Assembly: GCF_001194135.2 (NCBI RefSeq)
Contig: NC_068981.1
Location: 150,242,086 to 150,306,085 of the forward strand
Source: Octopus bimaculoides
Taxonomy: Eukaryota
DNA length: 64,000 bases
Reading direction: 5' to 3'
The stretch's first letter is position 1. Every line of letters begins with the position of its first letter. A program made the translations under genes and the position numbers. This document shows, one piece after another, positions 12,441 through 25,225 of the stretch. The notes below the pieces were generated by a model. It ran no database searches, had not been told where the DNA came from, and was given only the letters and a program-made list of their open reading frames with translations.

Positions 12441-13403
12441 GTTATAGTGTTGTAAAACAGCAGTGGCAACCTATCTTCATAGAAAATGGCTATTTATTTA
12501 GAACTATTGCAGTAGATGCTGCTGCTGCTACTACTACTACTACTACTACTAATACTAATACTACTACNNNNNNNNNNACTACTATTACCACCACCAGTAC
12601 TAATACCATGCTACTACTGCTACTGCTGATATATTTAAGTTTTATTACAAGCTTTATTGTTCTTGCTTTGTCTACAATTGTCTTATTTATTCTTACCACA
12701 ATCTTTGGATTGTAGACTAGTACAGGTGGTGGCGGTGGTGTTTCTAGTAGTAGAAGAAAGAGCAGAAGAAAAAGTGGAGGAGAGAGAGCATTAGTTGTAG
12801 TTTTTGTTTAGGAGCAGGTGAGACCTATCATTAAAAAGATTCCAGCAACGATGCCTTGCGACCACCCGTATATTATATACGAAATATGGGAGACGGAAAT
12901 TTTTTTTTTAATCGGTCGCAACAGTGACAAATGAAAGAACTTGCAGCTCGAGTGGAAAAATGCGACTCAGAAACTTTGCTTGAATGCACCGATGTATCTC
13001 TTTACTGGCCGTTGTTCATATTTTTCGACTAAAAAATTGTGACGAAATATATACAAATATATACCTTTGCAAATATTTATTATTTTTACGACGCAAGAGG
13101 TAATAGTTTTTAATTGTCGAATTACGAAAACAAACATTTTAAAGCATGGGTTAATTTGAAAATAGATTTTGTTTAACAGAATTCTTCAAATCTTAATGTT
13201 GGTACAAATAAAAATTCATAAAATATCTGTTTAAAATCTGTTAGACAGAAAAACTAGAGAAAACCACCTACTGAAATCGAACTACACACCCGGCGCAGGT
13301 CGGGCAGTTATGATATCAGAACAACGAAAAGATTTGTCGACTTTTTACGCATGCTGATATGCGCGCGCACACGCCTCCAACTCACTCAAACACACACACA
13401 CAA

Positions 13404-13482
<79 letters not shown>

Positions 13483-13579
13483 NNNNNNNNNNNNNNNNNN
13501 NNNNNNNNNNNNNNNNNNNNNNNNNNNNNNNNNNNNNNNNNNNNNNNNNNNNNNNNNNNNNNNNNNNATACATGCATAC

Positions 13580-13613
<34 letters not shown>

Positions 13614-13922
13614 TATTTTGGAGCGTGTTAGTGTTACATTTTGAGAGTTTCTGCAAAAAGCAGCCTTGTACTTAACATGGCAATATAAAACTGGAACAGT
13701 TAAGTTAATATTTCCATATTTAATACAGAGCATCAAACAATTATACTAGAAAAAGAATTGCGCTCTGAGACACAAAAGAGAATATTAGTTAATAACTAAC
13801 CTTATTTTGAGCCTTTTGCTAAACACAAGGGACAACTCCAGATTTGTTTTGATATTGTTAGTTTTTCTGAGCGAAGAGTAAACTTCACCGTATTTATCGA
13901 ATAATGAAAGAATCACTAAGTA

Positions 13923-14659
13923 CAAGGTGCATTCCAGAAGTTTGAGATTTTTCCACACGAGACATGTATTAATTTCGAAGAAGTATGAAACACTAATCAA
14001 TTAAAAGCTACAGGGAATTAGGTCTGTATTATAGGGAGGGAAAGAGGGAAAGAGACAAATTTGATACCCATCTCTGTCAACTAGTTGTTTACCAGGCTGG
14101 AATCGTGGACCTGTTCATTGCTCTGATGCAAGTGCCCCGGCCTTTTGTGACAAAATTTCTTCCTAAAAACCCTCAATACATGTACAAAGTACAGGATGTT
14201 GATCGTCTGGCCAATGAGAACCCGATGTATGCAGATGATAGCTTTGCAGTCGAAAATGGGGTTAATCGTAAGACACCCGGTGGACTTGCTTTGTCAGGTT
14301 TCTTAGAATAGCGTAAAACAGATGATCGATGCATAGAAGTTAACCTATAAGTAGTCTAGTGCATTTTACAAGTTTCTGTAGTGATTTTGTCCAGTTTAAC
14401 AAAAAACTTTATCGCATAGCGAGCTTCCAAATTGTCTCTATGTCCCGACTGCATTCTGCAAACTAGTCAGCTGTGACAAGCAGTGATTAGTAGGGTGTGT
14501 TCAAAGTGTTGTTAGAGCCGTCTCCTCCAGTCTAGAATGAGAAAAGTTAGGAGGTCCTCTTATTAAATATATAGTAATGATATACTAACATTACAATAAT
14601 CTAGGATGGTTTTGAGAGACTCTACTGAAAGAGTTTCAAAACATCTGGAATACACTTCA
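13923..14659 (-). mobile_element. Internally deleted mariner (Tc1/mariner) transposon
   Basis: TA-flanked degenerate TIRs: ta|caaggtgcattccagaagtttgag versus reverse complement ta|tgaagtgtattccagatgttttgaa. Minus-strand transposase pieces: NLEARYAIKFFVKLDK..TET (HTH), PIFDCKAIICIHRVLIGQTINILYFVHVLRVFRKKF..KRP, HQSNEQVHDSSLV..LTEMGIK, PPYNTDLIPCSF (cf. PPYSPDLAPCDF). Confidence 0.85.
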
Positions 14660-14939
14660 TAAATGTACAATACTGTACACTTGTAGAACACAAGAGAATT
14701 ATTCAGACAATTAATTGCTTAGAAGAAGTCATCCACTTGAAAACAAATGTAGTTAACACATTTAATGCATCGAGCAACATTTTATAAATTTTATTGACTG
14801 TTGAGAACGCTAATTTAAAATTGTTTCTATTTCCAGTCTAAGTAAATTATTTTACGTATTTAGAGTTTGGTATTTAAGACCAAAATAGCTGGGCCGATTT
14901 TTAACTAGCTATAACAAACCACTCTACAGATGCCATCTT

Positions 14940-15120
14940 TTATCTTTTACGTTTTTCAGTCATTGAACTGAGACCATACTGGAGCCTTGCCTTGAAGAAT
15001 TTTAGTCGAAAGAATCGACTCCAATACTTTTCATTTATTTTAAGCCTATCTATCGCTATTTTTCCGAACTGCTAAGTTACAGCGGTGCAAACACACCAAC
15101 GTCAGTTGTCACTCAGTGTT
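14940..15120 (-). mobile_element. SINE family C, 3' half
   Basis: cagtcatt..actgagaccatactggagc..gccttgaagaattttagtcg...gaactgctaagttac..aaacacaccaacgtcagttgtca is the reverse complement of the 3' half of the 60704-61105 copy. Confidence 0.7.
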
Positions 15121-15160
15121 ATGGCAAACACACGTGTGCGCGCACATATGTGCATATATG

Positions 15161-15305
15161 TAACATATGGTATAATGATAAACAGGGCAAATTTTAGCCA
15201 TTTCTCCGCAGACTGAAAAAAATTATGAACAACCTTAATCGATTTTCGAACCTTATTGGGTTCTCATCAGAGGCGTTCACAGCATTTTGACAGTCTCCAG
15301 AGAAA
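15161..15305 (-). repeat. Dispersed hammerhead-bearing repeat, copy 1
   Basis: Aligns by eye with 25226-25370 (+): tttctctggagactgt..aatg.tgtg.acgcct[HHR]aggttgttc..ttttt..agtctgcggag.aatggctaaaatttgcc..attatacca. Confidence 0.85.
15232..15274 (-). ncRNA. Type I hammerhead ribozyme (family H1), consensus-intact
   Basis: RNA: GCCU-CUGAUGA-GAACC(CAAUAA)GGUUC-GAAA-AUCGAU-U-A-AGGU. It has the full catalytic core, a 5-bp stem II with G10.1-C11.1, stem I GCCU/AGGU and a self-complementary stem III (AAUCGAUU). Predicted UUA cleavage lies between 15236 and 15235. Confidence 0.8.
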
Positions 15306-15523
15306 TAAGCAGCCAAACTCTTTATATACTCAGCAAATAGTTACTCTGTGAAGGAATCTCTAATTTGCATAGCGAAAGTGTTTAATACTATAAATACCAG
15401 CGGCCTGTCTTAGTACTCACAGTATCAAGGTATATAATACATTCATCGATACATCCATATACGTGCACGCACACACACACACACACACACACATTTATAG
15501 ATGTAAAATTAATTGTTTTTCTC

Positions 15524-15554
<31 letters not shown>

Positions 15555-15721
15555 NNNNNNNNNNNNNNNNNNNNNNNNNNNNNNNNNNNNNNNNNNNNNN
15601 NNNNNNNNNNNNNNNNNNNNNNNNNNNNNNNNNNNNNNNNNNNNNNNNNNNNNNNNNNNNNNNNNNNNNNNNNNNNNNNNNNNNNNNNNNNNNNNNNNNN
15701 NNNNNNNNNNNNNNNNNNNNN

Positions 15722-15755
<34 letters not shown>

Positions 15756-15762
15756 TGTGTGT

Positions 15763-16065
15763 GTAGGGCAGCAGACTTTCAGTCATAGGATCACAGTTTC
15801 GATTCCCAGATCAGGCTTTGTGAGTGTTTATTGAGAGAAAACACCTAAAGTTCCACGAGGCTCCAGCAGGGAGGTGGCGAACCATGCTGTACTCTTTCAC
15901 CACAACTTTCTCTCACTCTTTCTTCCTGTTTCCGTTTTACCTGTATTTCAAAGGGCCAGACTTGTCATACGCTGTCAATCTGAATCTCCTCGAGAAGGGT
16001 ACACTTGTCTGTGGAGTGCTCAGCCACTTCCACGTTAATTTCACGTAACCGACGGAGTGCTGTAG
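15763..16065 (+). mobile_element. SINE family B copy (5' clipped, 3' internal deletion)
   Basis: gggcagcagact..gtcataggatcacagtttcgattcccaga..gagaaaacacctaaagttccacgaggctcc..gagtgctcagccactt.cacgttaatttcacg matches the reverse complement of 10495-10884. Confidence 0.85.
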
Positions 16066-19000
16066 TACATATATACATATATATATATAAAACAGCTTTT
16101 CGATTAGTTTCCGTCTTGCAGTCGTGCTCAGGAATATGGGTCAACGGAAGGGGAAAATGGATGACACCCAAATTTCCGTACAGTTGAATCGAACCATGAT
16201 CACTTGCTTGAAAGTGAGTGTCTTTAGTACATTCCCTTAACAGCTCATATAGGAAATATGGAAATATGACTGGAACAAATTCTCGTTGTAAATGCTACTT
16301 AAAGTGTACTTCCTAGTCTCAAAGAAGCAATTATTTTACATATGGTTCTATTAATATTTTATGACAGAGATCATTTATTTCAAGAATGAAAGAAATCGTG
16401 TAAAACATGTGTCTGATATATTCGGAAATGGTTTACATGTAAAACATTGTTTGCAATAAGAAAACAGTTCTGCTGATTTATCAGCTGTTTCAAAGGCAAG
16501 ATATGTCTGCAGCAGTAAAAATATGTCATAGTTTAGCCTTGCATTGTCAATTAGACTCTTGTGAACAACCAATTTTACAAGTGATGGTAAACACTGATAT
16601 CCACTCCATTACAATTGTAATATTAAAACCATTCTACAAGCATATATTTATAAATTACAGACAGTCTTGTCGCCATCCATTATTATCACTTCGTGTTCAT
16701 CTCATATTTGTTTACTTCTGATACTTCTAGATACTCAATGAATTAGCATTTCTACATATCTAAAGTATTCCGAAAACTTATTTAAACGCTGTAAGTTATT
16801 TTTAATGCTATACTGAATCCGAATTTCAAAACTGACCTTGGAAATTGATTTACATAACCTCAAAACTAAATATTTGCAATGTTTATTTAATATTATACAG
16901 TGATTGGCACCGAGTAGAGAAGCAACAGTTGCTTTTCCCCCTCCACGCTCTTCTAGTTTTCTGTCTATGAATAAATAGGAATTACTAGATAGCCAATACC
17001 CGTTCAGCATAGCTGATATGATGTATTCGTTGGTTTTTCTTTTAACCTCACCGTCCTTCAATTGGTTTGTTCTGAACAAAAAAATGAAGTTATTTTTATA
17101 AAGTATATCTTAAATGTTCCTTGATTAAATTTGTTCGATTAAGCTTCATTCATTGAAACCATTCAACATTAATCATGTAATTAAGAAATATTTTTGTTGT
17201 TTTCTTTATAAACAAGACTATACTTATTGTGTTGTGGAGTTAAAACTGAATCCTATTCAACCATTTTTATATAAATCTGAGCAATATAATTTTTTAATGA
17301 TTATTTTGGTTTTCTCACCATTAGATATAGCCTACACAGAATTATTTATTTAACTATATCTCAGATTCATACGGACTACAACTCTTGATGTTTGTATAAT
17401 CACATTGAAATATTTAGAATGAGATTAGGTGCTTATCATGCGATAAAACCAAATAGGTTAAGAAAATATTTGAATTCAACGCCCAAATTGATGTGGTATC
17501 GAGATAATGATCCGGCAAAGCAATGCACAGCAAAGAAGAATCGTAGTGAGAAGGGGATAAATTTACCTTTTTTACCTTAATGTTAGTTAAATCATATTAG
17601 GTTAATTTTGAAGTCTAACAAATATCACCAAGAATCATTACAATAATAAGTTACCCGAGCCGCACAAGGGCCACATCAGCTCGCTGAACATGTTAAAAAC
17701 AGTTGCCAATTCGTTAACAAATCTCATTTATTGTTTTATGTACTCCTAGATATACAAAACATGAAAGCGATGAAACAGTCAAGACAATAATTCCTTTGAT
17801 CGAGGCTACTTTAAAAATATTAACCGTATATTCAAGTACTTTTATTTCAAAGCAGGAGAAAACTTTTCGACATAAATATATCTCAAAGAACCTATGAACA
17901 TCTGTTGGTCATTTTATGAGAGCTAATATTATCCTACAGAACTAAATCCCGAGAAACAGTCAACCTCATTCCAGAAATAAAAATTGGTCTATTCATCTAT
18001 AAACATAATGGCTACACCTTACTTTACACTATATCCATTCTTTGAGTGGCAGCAACAAATACAGATATCGCTTATACACTGTTCAGCAATAAAAGACATG
18101 AGCGACTATCCGCAAAATCATTTCATCGATGGCTGATGTCATTGATTTTATTTCTCAAGATGGAGTAATATTATAACATAAAATATGGAATTGCATGCAT
18201 AAATATACATAAATGGAGCTAAATATATGTCAAGATAAATAAATGCTTTTGGATTTATGAACTTATTTACGTAAAGATATAAAGCAACAGAAGTGGTTCA
18301 GACAATACAATGTTCAAATTTCCCCGGAGTCCACTTTACTTTTCCTCCGCCTATAAAAGACGCAATGTCAAAGTACACCAGTCCAGTTTTCATATGGATG
18401 AGTGTGTGTATGCGAGTCTTTGTCCATCCCTCTAACTCTCTTTCTCTCTCTCTCTCTCACACACACACATACATGCACGTATACGTACATACAAACATGT
18501 GGATATACACATCCATTCACCCACCCCCACCACCACCACACACACACATTACCTGTAGTATAGTAAACAGAGTATATTTACAGAGCTCAATACATGTAAA
18601 TATTTTATTTCAATTTATTTCTTGTAAAGCGAGTACATACATGTACGCGCGCGTGTGTGTACGTGTGCATGTGTGCATGTATGTGTGTGTGTGTGTGTGT
18701 GTGAAAAGCCTCCACTTGAATTAATTTGTCTGGTGAACGATTGCGGTTATCACAACCGCATCAACCTTTCTTCGAAAATGTTTGTCGTCAGCTACAGTGG
18801 AATACCGAAGATCCAGACAACTGGCATTCGCTTGAACATGCACCTGTTAAACAGGCTCTGCCTTCATTTGCTATCATTTTGAAACCCTTCCTCGAAAATT
18901 GTAGGAAATTACGAAAATTTTCGACAATCCTCTCTCTAGAGGTATAGATTAGTACCAAGATGGTACAAGATTAAACCTATGAAAAACGGTTACGTGAAAG

Positions 19001-19488
19001 TGGTGCTTTTCGGCATCAATATGATATAATAAAATAAAATAAAATTATATATATATATATGTATATAGTGTCTTATCTACTGAAAATGGGGTAGAAAAAT
19101 TACGACCTGCATCACTCCTATGAAGGCAGAAATATGTGTCGAATACTTCCCGCCTTTGTTTTCAAACAATTAGTCCATCTTTTCCCTAATACTATGTCAC
19201 TTTTAGAGCACTATTGATGCTGAAGTGTGTATTCCCTTCTCTCTCGATTTTTCTACTGTGTATAGGCGGAGATCGTTTCAATAAAACCACAATATATCTT
19301 ATAACTTTATTTACTATCCTTTTTTTCGTCTCTGTCTTTCGAATGCATGCCAATGGCAGCTGCAAGTCATTGATCTTAACTTATTCCGTTGTGTTTTCTC
19401 GTAACTCTCTCTCTCTCACCGTGTCTCTCTGTCTCTTCTCCCTCTATCTCTCTCCCCATCTCTCTCTTTCTATATATATATACATGTA

Positions 19489-19531
<43 letters not shown>

Positions 19532-19580
19532 NNNNNNNNNNGGAGGCATATATATAGAGAGATAGATAGATAGATAGATA

Positions 19581-19740
19581 GATGGATAGAGAGAGAGAGA
19601 GATAGAGAAATAGATAGATAGATGGATAGAGAGAGAGAGAGATAGAGAGATAGATAGATAGATGGATAGAGAGAGAGAGAGATAGAGAGATAGATAGAGA
19701 GATGGATAGAGAGAGAGATATATAGAGAGATAGATAGGTA
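19581..19740. repeat. 40-bp minisatellite (4 units) built from GATA/GA microsatellite blocks
   Basis: The unit gatggatagagagagagagagatagaga(a/g)atagatagata repeats with a 40-bp period. Confidence 0.85.
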
Positions 19741-19916
19741 AGCTCAGCTAAACAGCGTTTCGGCATAAAGAGGCCCAGGTCTTGCCTAGATTAATGCATA
19801 CACACACGCACGCGTGCGCACACACACACACACTCACAAATAGTGATATATATATATTTTATATTGGTATACATACATATATATATAATATGCAAATGTA
19901 TATAAGCATATGTATA

Positions 19917-19976
<60 letters not shown>

Positions 19977-20640
19977 CATAATTATCTTACAACACGCGCA
20001 CTAATATATACACATGTATCATACAAGATACGGATACATGCTCACAAATACATGAATGTAGCCACACACACACTCACTCACAGATACTCAAACACACACA
20101 CACATATAAGGTTTCTATTTTGTTAATATGTTTTTATATTTTGCTGGAGATTTGATAATGATAAAATGATAATTGTATTACATATTTGCCTCTGGGTTTC
20201 AACCCGACATTTCCTAGTGTCGATATCTGATGCTTTATATATCTCTATAATACTATAAACGACTAGTTATTGGTTTGTTTTCTTCTGTATTCTGCCAATA
20301 TTAATCTTCTCTATGTGCACGTTTATGTATGCATGTGTAAATGTATTTATTTGTGTTTGTGTGTGTATGTGTGCGCATGTGTGTGCTTGTGTGAGGTGTG
20401 TTTATTTAAAACGTGCGCATAAATATATGATCGTCTGTTGGAAAATTGGCGCCTATACGCTGTGATATGAAATACTATATCCCTGTATCATTTATATGTT
20501 GTTTAGTATAAACTCTACACCACTGCACGATTCTTGGTGCGAAGGTTGTATCTTTAAAAGAGAGATTCTTATGAGAAATATTAATAAAAAATGTGTTTAC
20601 ATATAAGTATGAAGTTACGTAGAGTAGAGAAGAATAGAGT

Positions 20641-20691
<51 letters not shown>

Positions 20692-20844
20692 NNNNNNNNN
20701 NNNNNNNNNNNNNNNNNNNNNNNNNNNNNNNNNNNNNNNNNNNNNNNNNNNNNNNNNNNNNNNNNNNNNNNNNNNNNNNNNNNNNNNNNNNNNNNNNNNN
20801 NNNNNNNNNNNNNNNNNNNNNNNNNNNNNNNNNNNNNNNNNNNN

Positions 20845-20888
<44 letters not shown>

Positions 20889-21969
20889 AGAGGGAGAGAA
20901 AGAGATTGAGTGAAGTGATAGATATATAGATAAATAGAGGGATAAATAGCTAGACAGATAGATATATGCACATACACATTGATTATGTATATATATATAT
21001 ATATATTACCATAGGAAGAAAATTTTGTTGATGTTTCTACAAGGAACGATATGTTATTTTTTTCATTTTGCTTTTTGCAATGTTGCAGGTCATTGCTGAC
21101 TTCCTTTCAAAGTGTGTCCTTACATATAATGGCTATTCTCTAACAGTAATATAAGTTTGTTTAAGATAACTAATAACGAGTTCAAAATATTTCGGCCATT
21201 TTACATGACTAATTCACTCATATGCAGCATGCAAACATATATATTAGATATACACATGTATATATATACATAAGCATACACATAACTGTATACATACGTT
21301 CATACAAACAGCAGTTAACACCTTGTTATTCTTATATTAGGTGAGCTAATTGTATATTTGATGATGTGTGCAAAGATTTGCCAAGATGGAATTAACTAAT
21401 TAATTGGCTATCAACAGCTATTCACTATTCGTAGCTAACGACGCGTGAAAACGCAGAAAAATGTCCGTCCTATAGTTCAATGACGTAATTCATATCCTAA
21501 TTGTGTGGTTTACACACATATTTTCTATAAGGAGAAATTTCTCTCGAGAAAATTTCCGCATCCGAATGTATACGAACATGTTAAATAATAATGCACGCAC
21601 CTATATTTCATTCAGTATTGCTTAGTGTGTCTTTAATTGATTCTAGGTTGACAAACATTTACCCACATTGGCATTCCATGCTTTTAGAATGCAAGCCGGC
21701 GGGGCTCGCTCTGAGCACTCTAATTTAATGTTCTAATACAAGAATGACAAGATCTTATTTCCTATCGAAAATGACTCGGTGTCAGCACTAGACGACGCGA
21801 AACAACGCAGAAATATAATCATTCTACGATCCGATGAAGTTCTTCGTAGCACATGGGTGTATTTTTCTTGCATATATTGTCTATAATTAGAATTTTTACG
21901 TTGACATAATCTCTGCAGTACGTGCCTTCCCGTATTGAAGAGTAATTGAAGAAGTCAAATATGAATATG

Positions 21970-22028
<59 letters not shown>

Positions 22029-22861
22029 GTGAATTGCATTAAAACAAATTTATAGGGTGAGAATGGCCTCGAAGATATAAAAGAATACATGTACCATATT
22101 ACAATATAATATAGGATGGTATACAAGTTTTAGACATTTAAAAACCAAATCAAACTAGCATTTAGATAACTGAACAGACAGATATCGTCTATTCTTCGAA
22201 AATATCGGATATTATGCAAAATATAATAACCCATGATGAAAGCAAGATAATGACGAAGTTGCCGTTATACCCATACATCTCCTATCGACACCAGTTCAGT
22301 AGAGTTATGAAAACAAGATAAATACATGTAAAGATAAAAAATGAAACAAATAAAGCACAAACGAATAAACTTTTATTAACAGACGGACGCTTGCCATTCT
22401 GCAGATGATGGTCCTCGCACATTCACGCGCACACCCATTTATCTGTCATCACCATAAATTCAATTTCAGTGCATTTGGCAGACCAATAACTAATAAAATT
22501 AAATGGGGAAAAAAAAAACGGATAAGCAAAATCGCACATCACAAACACACAGAAATACTTAGAGATATTCAGAAACACAATGTTGTTCCTCTACCAGAAA
22601 AGTCTACGGAGGCATGAAACACACGAAATAAACACATACTCATATACATACTTGTACGTTTACATACAAAAAAAAAACCCCACTGCAATCACAAACACAA
22701 ATATTTAATGACAAAATACCAAGAAAACCGTCTGTGAAACCCATTGGGGAAACTACAGACGATTAGTGAAAGATTATACAAAAATCTATCAATTAATAAC
22801 AAAATGAACATCAATCGGTGTTTATGCTTTATTGACAAAACACTATTTCTTCGTCTCTTTT

Positions 22862-22908
<47 letters not shown>

Positions 22909-22928
22909 NNNNNNNNNNCGTCTCTTTT

Positions 22929-22987
<59 letters not shown>

Positions 22988-23668
22988 CCATATATTCATA
23001 TACATACACATGTATACACACACAAACATATGTATGCGTATGTACGCACGTCCACACAGAAGAAATGAAGTTGAAGCTTCTTTAATTTGTATTAACATTT
23101 TCTGAACCGGTTTCACAACCTCAGTATAGTCATGACGTTTTTTTCAAATCAAATTATGATATAGGCAGTTCTCTTTATATCAAGTTACATGACTAAAGAA
23201 AAGTGGGGTAAAATGTTCCAAAACAAATATTAGTTAATTGCCATAGAAGAGTTGTTGTCTAATGTATGCATTGGCTTAATCGTTTGTTTTTGTTTTGTTT
23301 TTGTTTTTTTGCTTGTTTGTTTGTTTGTTTTTTGTAGATGTTATATTTGATAAGTTGGTAGCTGTTATGTTTCCCAACTGAATACATGAAACAATAAATA
23401 AATGAATAGATAAATAAATAAATAAATAAATACGAAGCTGAAAATGCACATGAATTCCTTTATCTTATAATACATTTTTCTGTTTTATCGTGCTGCATCA
23501 CCTAAATAATAGTCACAATCAATATAGGCACAGTTTATATTAATAAATATATTTTGTTAACCGACAAAATTGTGTACCGCAAAACAGCTTATCAAATCCT
23601 TTGCCTTCCTGGCCTTCACCATAATCCATAAACATACAACTGGATATTATAACACTTTTCCCTATATA

Positions 23669-24960
23669 TCAGGTTGAGTAAAAAGTAAGCAACGTTTTGA
23701 ACCATGATGAATTTGTACTGGATTTTTGCAGAGTTTTGAAATTATTGGTACATTTTTTTGCAATTGTCTGATAATATAGATATAGACTTGCCCAAATGTA
23801 TCAATAAATTAACATTGATGTTGTTTTCACCATTGTTACAATCATCTGAAATGGAACTGTCGAAGCGCAATATTCGAGCTATTCAACTATTCAACTTCAA
23901 AAAAGGACGCAAAGCCGTTGAAACTGCTCGCAATGTCAACGAAACGTCTGGTGAGGAAATGACCAGTGAGTGTTCAGCTCGAAAATGGTTTAAACAATTT
24001 CGCAGTGGAGTCCTGAGCCTTGAAGATCGTAAGCGTAGTGGACGATCATCTGTCATCGATGACGGTCAGTTAAAGACCGTCATTGAGAAAGATCCACGTA
24101 AAACCACTTGAGAAATGGCAAAAAAGAACTTAAAGTTAGCCAGAAAACTGCCTGCAACCATTTGCATGCGATCAGAAAATTTAAAAAAAAAAGCTCGACA
24201 AATTGGTACCCCACCATTTGAATGAAAATCAGAAAATGCGCAGATATGAAATTTGCACGTCGCTTCATCTCCGTAACCAGACCGATCCATTTCTCGACTG
24301 TACTGTAACTTTCAATGGAAAGTGGATTCTGTACAATAACAAAAAACGTTCTTTACAGTGTTTGGACCAAAATGAAGCATTGAAAACTTTCCTTAAACTC
24401 GAGCTCTTCAAAAAAGAAGTTTATGGTGAATTTTTAGTGGTGTACTGCTGGACCCATCCACTATAACTTCTTAAAACTCATAAAAATATTACTGCAGAAA
24501 CATATTGCCATAAAATTGCCAACATGAACAAAAAGCTGCTACTCCTCTGTCCCAGAGGGGTCAACAGAAGAGGGCCAATCATTCTTCATGACAATGCTTG
24601 ACCACATGTTTCACTAATGACTTTCCAGGAATTGAGGGAACTTGGCTACAAAGTTCTTCCCCACACGGCTTATTCTCCAGACCTTTCTCCTACCAATCAC
24701 TACTTTTTCAAGCATCATGATGCTTTCTTGTGAGAGAAGGAGTTCAAAAATCAAACCGATCCTGAAAATCCATTCAAAGAGTTCATCAGCTCCAGAACTC
24801 CAGATATTTATGTTCCTGGAATAAACAAACTTGTAACTCATTAGCAAAAATGTGTTGATTGTAATGGTACTTAGTTTGATGAATAAAATTTCTCCATTCT
24901 TAAAATATACTGTGATGAATTTCATGTTTCAAAACGTTGCTTACTTTTTACTCAGTCTGA
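23669..24960 (+). mobile_element. Full-length (1292 bp) mariner transposon, Hsmar1/cecropia-like TIRs
   Basis: TA target duplications at 23667-68 and 24961-62. The 39-bp TIRs are TCAGGTTGAGTAAAAAGTAAGCAACGTTTTGAACCATGA and reverse complement TCAGACTGAGTAAAAAGTAAGCAACGTTTTGAAACATGA (3 mismatches). An internal transposase pseudogene is present. Confidence 0.95.
23851..24886 (+). pseudogene. Mariner transposase pseudogene
   Basis: MELSKRNIRAI..FNFKKG..ETARN..RKWFKQFRSG..LED..RSGR (HTH), LVPHHL (WVPHEL), TFNGKWILY (TGDEKW), HDNA*PH, YSPDLSPTNHYFF (YSPDLAPSDYHLF), QKCVDCNGT*FDE*. Multiple stops and frameshifts. Confidence 0.93.
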
Positions 24961-25225
24961 TACATAAATGTCCTTAGATTTGGAATGAGATGGGAATTTT
25001 TTATGTAAATAAAGTAAAATGACCTAATTTGGAATATTCCAAAAATGCAGAATAAAAGCAAAATGAATGCTTTAGAATGTGTAGAAACCATATCCGATTT
25101 CGAAACAATTTAGTTGTTACTTTACGCTACATTAGATCGAGCTAAAGTATGATTCGGAGCATACCAATAATAACTATTTTCTCGTTTAAGGAGTATAAAA
25201 GATTGCATTAAATAATATATCGCTG

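Noticed and set aside
14105-14311. + strand 68-aa ORF with an NPxY-like motif (NENPMY)
   Set aside because: It is the antisense of a mariner transposase remnant lying between TIRs at 13923-14659.
22851-22985. Apparent tandem duplication cgtctctttttgtgtg..tata on both sides of a 10-N gap (similar at 34710-34830)
   Set aside because: Typical unmerged contig overlap at a nominal gap; an assembly artefact is more likely than a real duplication.
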